The notes below the pieces were generated by a model. That model searched no databases, had not been told where the DNA came from, and was given only the letters and a program-made list of their open reading frames with translations. Below, one piece after another: positions 9,363 to 11,714 of a stretch of DNA of 11,714 nucleotides. Position 1 is the first letter of the stretch. Every line of letters begins with the position of its first letter. The stretch covers positions 31,139-42,852 of the forward strand of contig JBDGRE010000019.1 of the NCBI GenBank assembly GCA_042218325.1, in the 5' to 3' direction. The position numbers and the translations under genes were made by a program. The stretch is from Candidatus Nanohaloarchaea archaeon (GTDB lineage Archaea > Nanohalarchaeota > Nanosalinia > Nanosalinales > Nanosalinaceae).

Positions 9363-10192
9363 CCTACCAGGTTCTGTCTTGAGGCCCAACCGGAGTTCTC
9401 CTTGCCCTGGCTGTCAAAGACGGTGTTGTGCCAGTCTATCCACCTGTCCGGGTACTCGTTCCAGACCGCATTAGATGCGAGAGCCGCGGTGCGGGAGTCC
9501 TTGCCGAGGAACGGGTAGTCCTTGAAAACTATCCGGAGTTCGCCGTTTTCGACGTAGTTTTTCTTCAGCTGCGGGTACACGCGCTGTTCGAATCTTCCAC
9601 AGAAAGGACACTGGTAGTCGTACCAGTAGACCATAGTAACCGGGGCGTCCTTGCTTCCTATCGAGGGCTCGTTGCTGGTGCTGAACGTGGAAGTCGACAC
9701 GTTTCCGCCCTCTCCCCGTTTCTGTCTTTCGATAGCGTTCTGGAAGTTTCTGTAAGGCTGTGCGCCCATGATCCTCTCGCCCGAGGAGCTGCCCGTGCTG
9801 TATATCACGAATCCTGGTGTGGCCGAGACGCCAGCGCTCTCAGCTTCCCGTATATCTTTCCTTAGCTCCTGCATGTACTCCTGCCGGCTCTCGTTCATCA
9901 GTTCCGCGACCCTGTCGGAGCTGACACCTTTGACCTTGTCCGTTATAGACTGGCTGTTAGATGAAATATCAAGGCTGAAGCCGGAAGAGGCTGCTCCTGC
10001 AACGAAGCCGAGTGCGATACCGACAAGCAGTACGGATGCGAGGGCTGGCAGGCCTGCAAGGCTTATCTTTATCCGGGCGGTCTCGCGGTCATCGACCTCG
10101 TCCCACTCGTGTGCCTGTCTACTGTGGCTGCTGAGACCTCTTTTAGTATCGAAACTGCGTCCGCATTCCTCGCACTCGAACTCCTCGGTCAT
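9359..10192 (-). CDS. Membrane-anchored DsbA-family (Thioredoxin_4/BdbD-like) oxidoreductase, circularly permuted, with N-terminal C2H2 zinc finger
   Basis: 277 aa; zinc finger res 5-28, TM helix about res 41-68, GVSATPGFVI...GAQPY at res 121-147, IGSKDAPVTMVYWYDYQCPFC at res 178-198, then VFKDYPFLGKDSRTAALA...WHNTVFDSQ. Confidence 0.9.
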   Translation of the reverse strand: MTEEFECEECGRSFDTKRGLSSHSRQAHEWDEVDDRETARIKISLAGLPALASVLLVGIALGFVAGAASSGFSLDISSNSQSITDKVKGVSSDRVAELMNESRQEYMQELRKDIREAESAGVSATPGFVIYSTGSSSGERIMGAQPYRNFQNAIERQKRGEGGNVSTSTFSTSNEPSIGSKDAPVTMVYWYDYQCPFCGRFEQRVYPQLKKNYVENGELRIVFKDYPFLGKDSRTAALASNAVWNEYPDRWIDWHNTVFDSQGKENSGWASRQNLVG

Positions 10193-10215
10193 CGGTCAAA
10201 GATTCAGTATCCACG

Positions 10216-10223
10216 CTTATAAA
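10216..10223 (-). promoter_or_regulatory. TATA box of the DsbA/membrane-protein operon
   Basis: TTTATAAG on the minus strand, 24-31 nt upstream of ATG 10192. Confidence 0.7.
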
Positions 10224-10257
10224 CCGGAGGTGGAGAACGGAGAGAAGGGTAATAAGT

Positions 10258-10286
10258 AAAAAACAGGGAGAGCCTTTGAAGGCTCT
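10258..10286 (-). terminator. Putative cdc48 terminator: hairpin overlapping the stop codon followed by T6
   Basis: Inverted repeat agagcctt (10269-10276) / aaggctct (10279-10286), then on the minus strand CCCTG-TTTTTT (T6 at 10263-10258) and a pyrimidine-rich run. Confidence 0.55.
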
Positions 10287-11714
10287 AAGCGTAGTAGTCC
10301 GGCTTCTCCTCCTCGGCCTCTATCTGCTCCATGCGCTGCATCATCTGGCGGTAGTGCTCGAGGTTCTCCTCGGTCGCTGTCGGCTTGACCTCGTCGAGGG
10401 CCTCCTCGAAGTCGTCCATGGTGACCTCTTCTGTTTCCGGGTCGCCTCTCAGTGCGAACATGCCGGCCTCCCGGCACAGCGACTCGATGTCGGAGCCTAC
10501 GTAGCCGTCGGTCATATCCGCGAGCTCGTCGAGATCTACGTCGTCGGCGAGCGGCATCGACCCGGTGTGGACCTCGAGGATCTTCTTCCTGGCCTCCGCA
10601 TCTGGAACATCGACCTCCATCGACCGGTCGATCCTTCCAGGCCTCGTTATCGCGGGGTCTATCATGTCAGGCCGGTTGGTCGCGGCGATGACAGTTACGC
10701 CTTCCAGCGACTCGATGCCGTCGAGCTCTGTCAGCAGCTGGTTGACCACGCGGTCACCGACACCCGAGTCGGTGCGGGAGCCTCTCCGCGTCGCGATGGA
10801 GTCTATCTCATCGATGAACAGGATGCAGGGGGCGACCTGGCGGGCCTTCTTGAAGACCTCCCGTATCGCTTCCTCGGATTCGCCGACGTACTTGGAGAAT
10901 ATCTCTGGCCCCTTGATGGAGATGAAGTTGGCGTTGGCCTCGTTCGCCACGGCCTTCGCGAGCAGTGTCTTTCCTGTTCCCGGTAGGCCGTAGAGCAGGA
11001 TGCCTTTCGGCACCTCTATACCCATCTTCTCGAACCGCTCCGGGTACCGCTGCGGCCATTCGACCATCTCCCGCAGCTGCTCCTTGGCTTCGTCGAGGCC
11101 GCCGACGTCCTCCCAGGAGACTTTCGGTACCTCGACCATGACCTCCCGCATCGCGGAAGGCTCGACCGAGCGGATGCCCTCTATCATCGAGCCGGGGTCG
11201 ACCACCAGCTTCTCCATCACGTCGCTGGGTATCTCCTCGTCAAGGTCTATCTCCGGCAGCACCTTCCGCAGCACTGCCATGGCGGCCTCCTTGCAGACCG
11301 CCTCTATGTCCGCCCCGACGTAGCCGTGGGTCTTCTCCGCCAGCTCGTCGAGGTCCACATCGTCGGTCAGCGGCATGTTGCGGGTGTGTATCTGGAAGAT
11401 CTCCTTCCTTCCCTTCTCGTTGGGGACGCCTATCTCTATCTCCCGGTCGAAACGGCCACCTCTTCTCAATGCCTCGTCGACCGCGTCGACACGGTTGGTC
11501 GCGGCTATCACGATGACGTTCTCCCTTTCTTCAAGGCCGTCCATCAGCGACAGCAGCTGCGCGACCACTCTTCTCTCGACCTCTCCGCCGACCTCGCTTC
11601 TCTTTGCGGCGATGGCGTCGATCTCGTCGATGAAGATTATCGCCGGCGAGTTGTCCGCGGCCTCCTCGAACTTTTCCCGGAGCTGTTTCTCGGATTCGCC
11701 GTAGTACTTCGACA
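10285..11714 (-). CDS. cdc48: CDC48/VAT family AAA+ ATPase, 5' part outside the window
   Basis: The frame stays open past the ORF-track start to the right edge ([38 protein letters not shown] = D1 pore loop and Walker B). D1 SRH ATNR...[11 protein letters not shown]; D2 Walker A GLPGTGKT, Walker B LFIDEID, RPGRID; C-terminus PDYYA. Confidence 0.96.
   Translation of the reverse strand, partial: SKYYGESEKQLREKFEEAADNSPAIIFIDEIDAIAAKRSEVGGEVERRVVAQLLSLMDGLEERENVIVIAATNRVDAVDEALRRGGRFDREIEIGVPNEKGRKEIFQIHTRNMPLTDDVDLDELAEKTHGYVGADIEAVCKEAAMAVLRKVLPEIDLDEEIPSDVMEKLVVDPGSMIEGIRSVEPSAMREVMVEVPKVSWEDVGGLDEAKEQLREMVEWPQRYPERFEKMGIEVPKGILLYGLPGTGKTLLAKAVANEANANFISIKGPEIFSKYVGESEEAIREVFKKARQVAPCILFIDEIDSIATRRGSRTDSGVGDRVVNQLLTELDGIESLEGVTVIAATNRPDMIDPAITRPGRIDRSMEVDVPDAEARKKILEVHTGSMPLADDVDLDELADMTDGYVGSDIESLCREAGMFALRGDPETEEVTMDDFEEALDEVKPTATEENLEHYRQMMQRMEQIEAEEEKPDYYA

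Noticed and set aside
9363-9389. ORF-track start at 9389 for the membrane protein
   Set aside because: ATG 9362 forms an ATGA overlap with the upstream stop and is the more plausible start.
9359-10192. DsbA as a truncated pseudogene or frameshifted tandem remnant
   Set aside because: One uninterrupted frame holds both halves once each with complementary ends, intact CPFC and TP, a promoter and ATGA coupling to the next gene. Misassembly still needs a read-level check.
11566-11568. ORF-track start of CDC48 at 11568
   Set aside because: Internal Val codon; the frame continues to the window edge through the D1 Walker B motif.
8039-11704. Opposite-strand ORFs over map, the dsbA-like gene and cdc48 (8039..8896, 9428..9865, 9768..10259, 10276..10986 etc.)
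   Set aside because: Overlap well-supported genes on the other strand and show no recognisable motifs.

Overview
Gene-dense, GC-rich archaeal window whose soluble enzymes are strongly acidic. It looks halophilic and streamlined (Nanohaloarchaeota-like; this is inference). Left to right: a 2-oxoacid (probably pyruvate) dehydrogenase operon on the minus strand (E1alpha, E1beta, and an E2 that runs off the left edge and is missing from the ORF track); a divergent ADP-forming acetyl-CoA synthetase; a 141-aa orphan; malic enzyme; a 173-aa orphan; type II methionine aminopeptidase; a two-gene thiol-redox module; and the 3' part of a CDC48/VAT AAA+ ATPase. The most unusual element is the redox module at 8835-10192. 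It encodes a membrane-anchored DsbA-family protein that appears naturally circularly permuted (the cis-Pro 'GVSATP...GAQPY' half precedes the 'CPFC' half) and carries an N-terminal C2H2 zinc finger. This gene is ATGA-coupled to a small polytopic membrane protein with CxxC plus a third Cys, a candidate non-canonical redox partner. Secondary observations: a chain of ATGA-coupled mini-ORFs between E1beta and E2, a duplicated E1/E3-binding domain in E2 with a 28-bp perfect repeat, and TATA boxes placed as expected for leaderless transcripts. No RNA genes, CRISPR arrays or mobile elements were seen.
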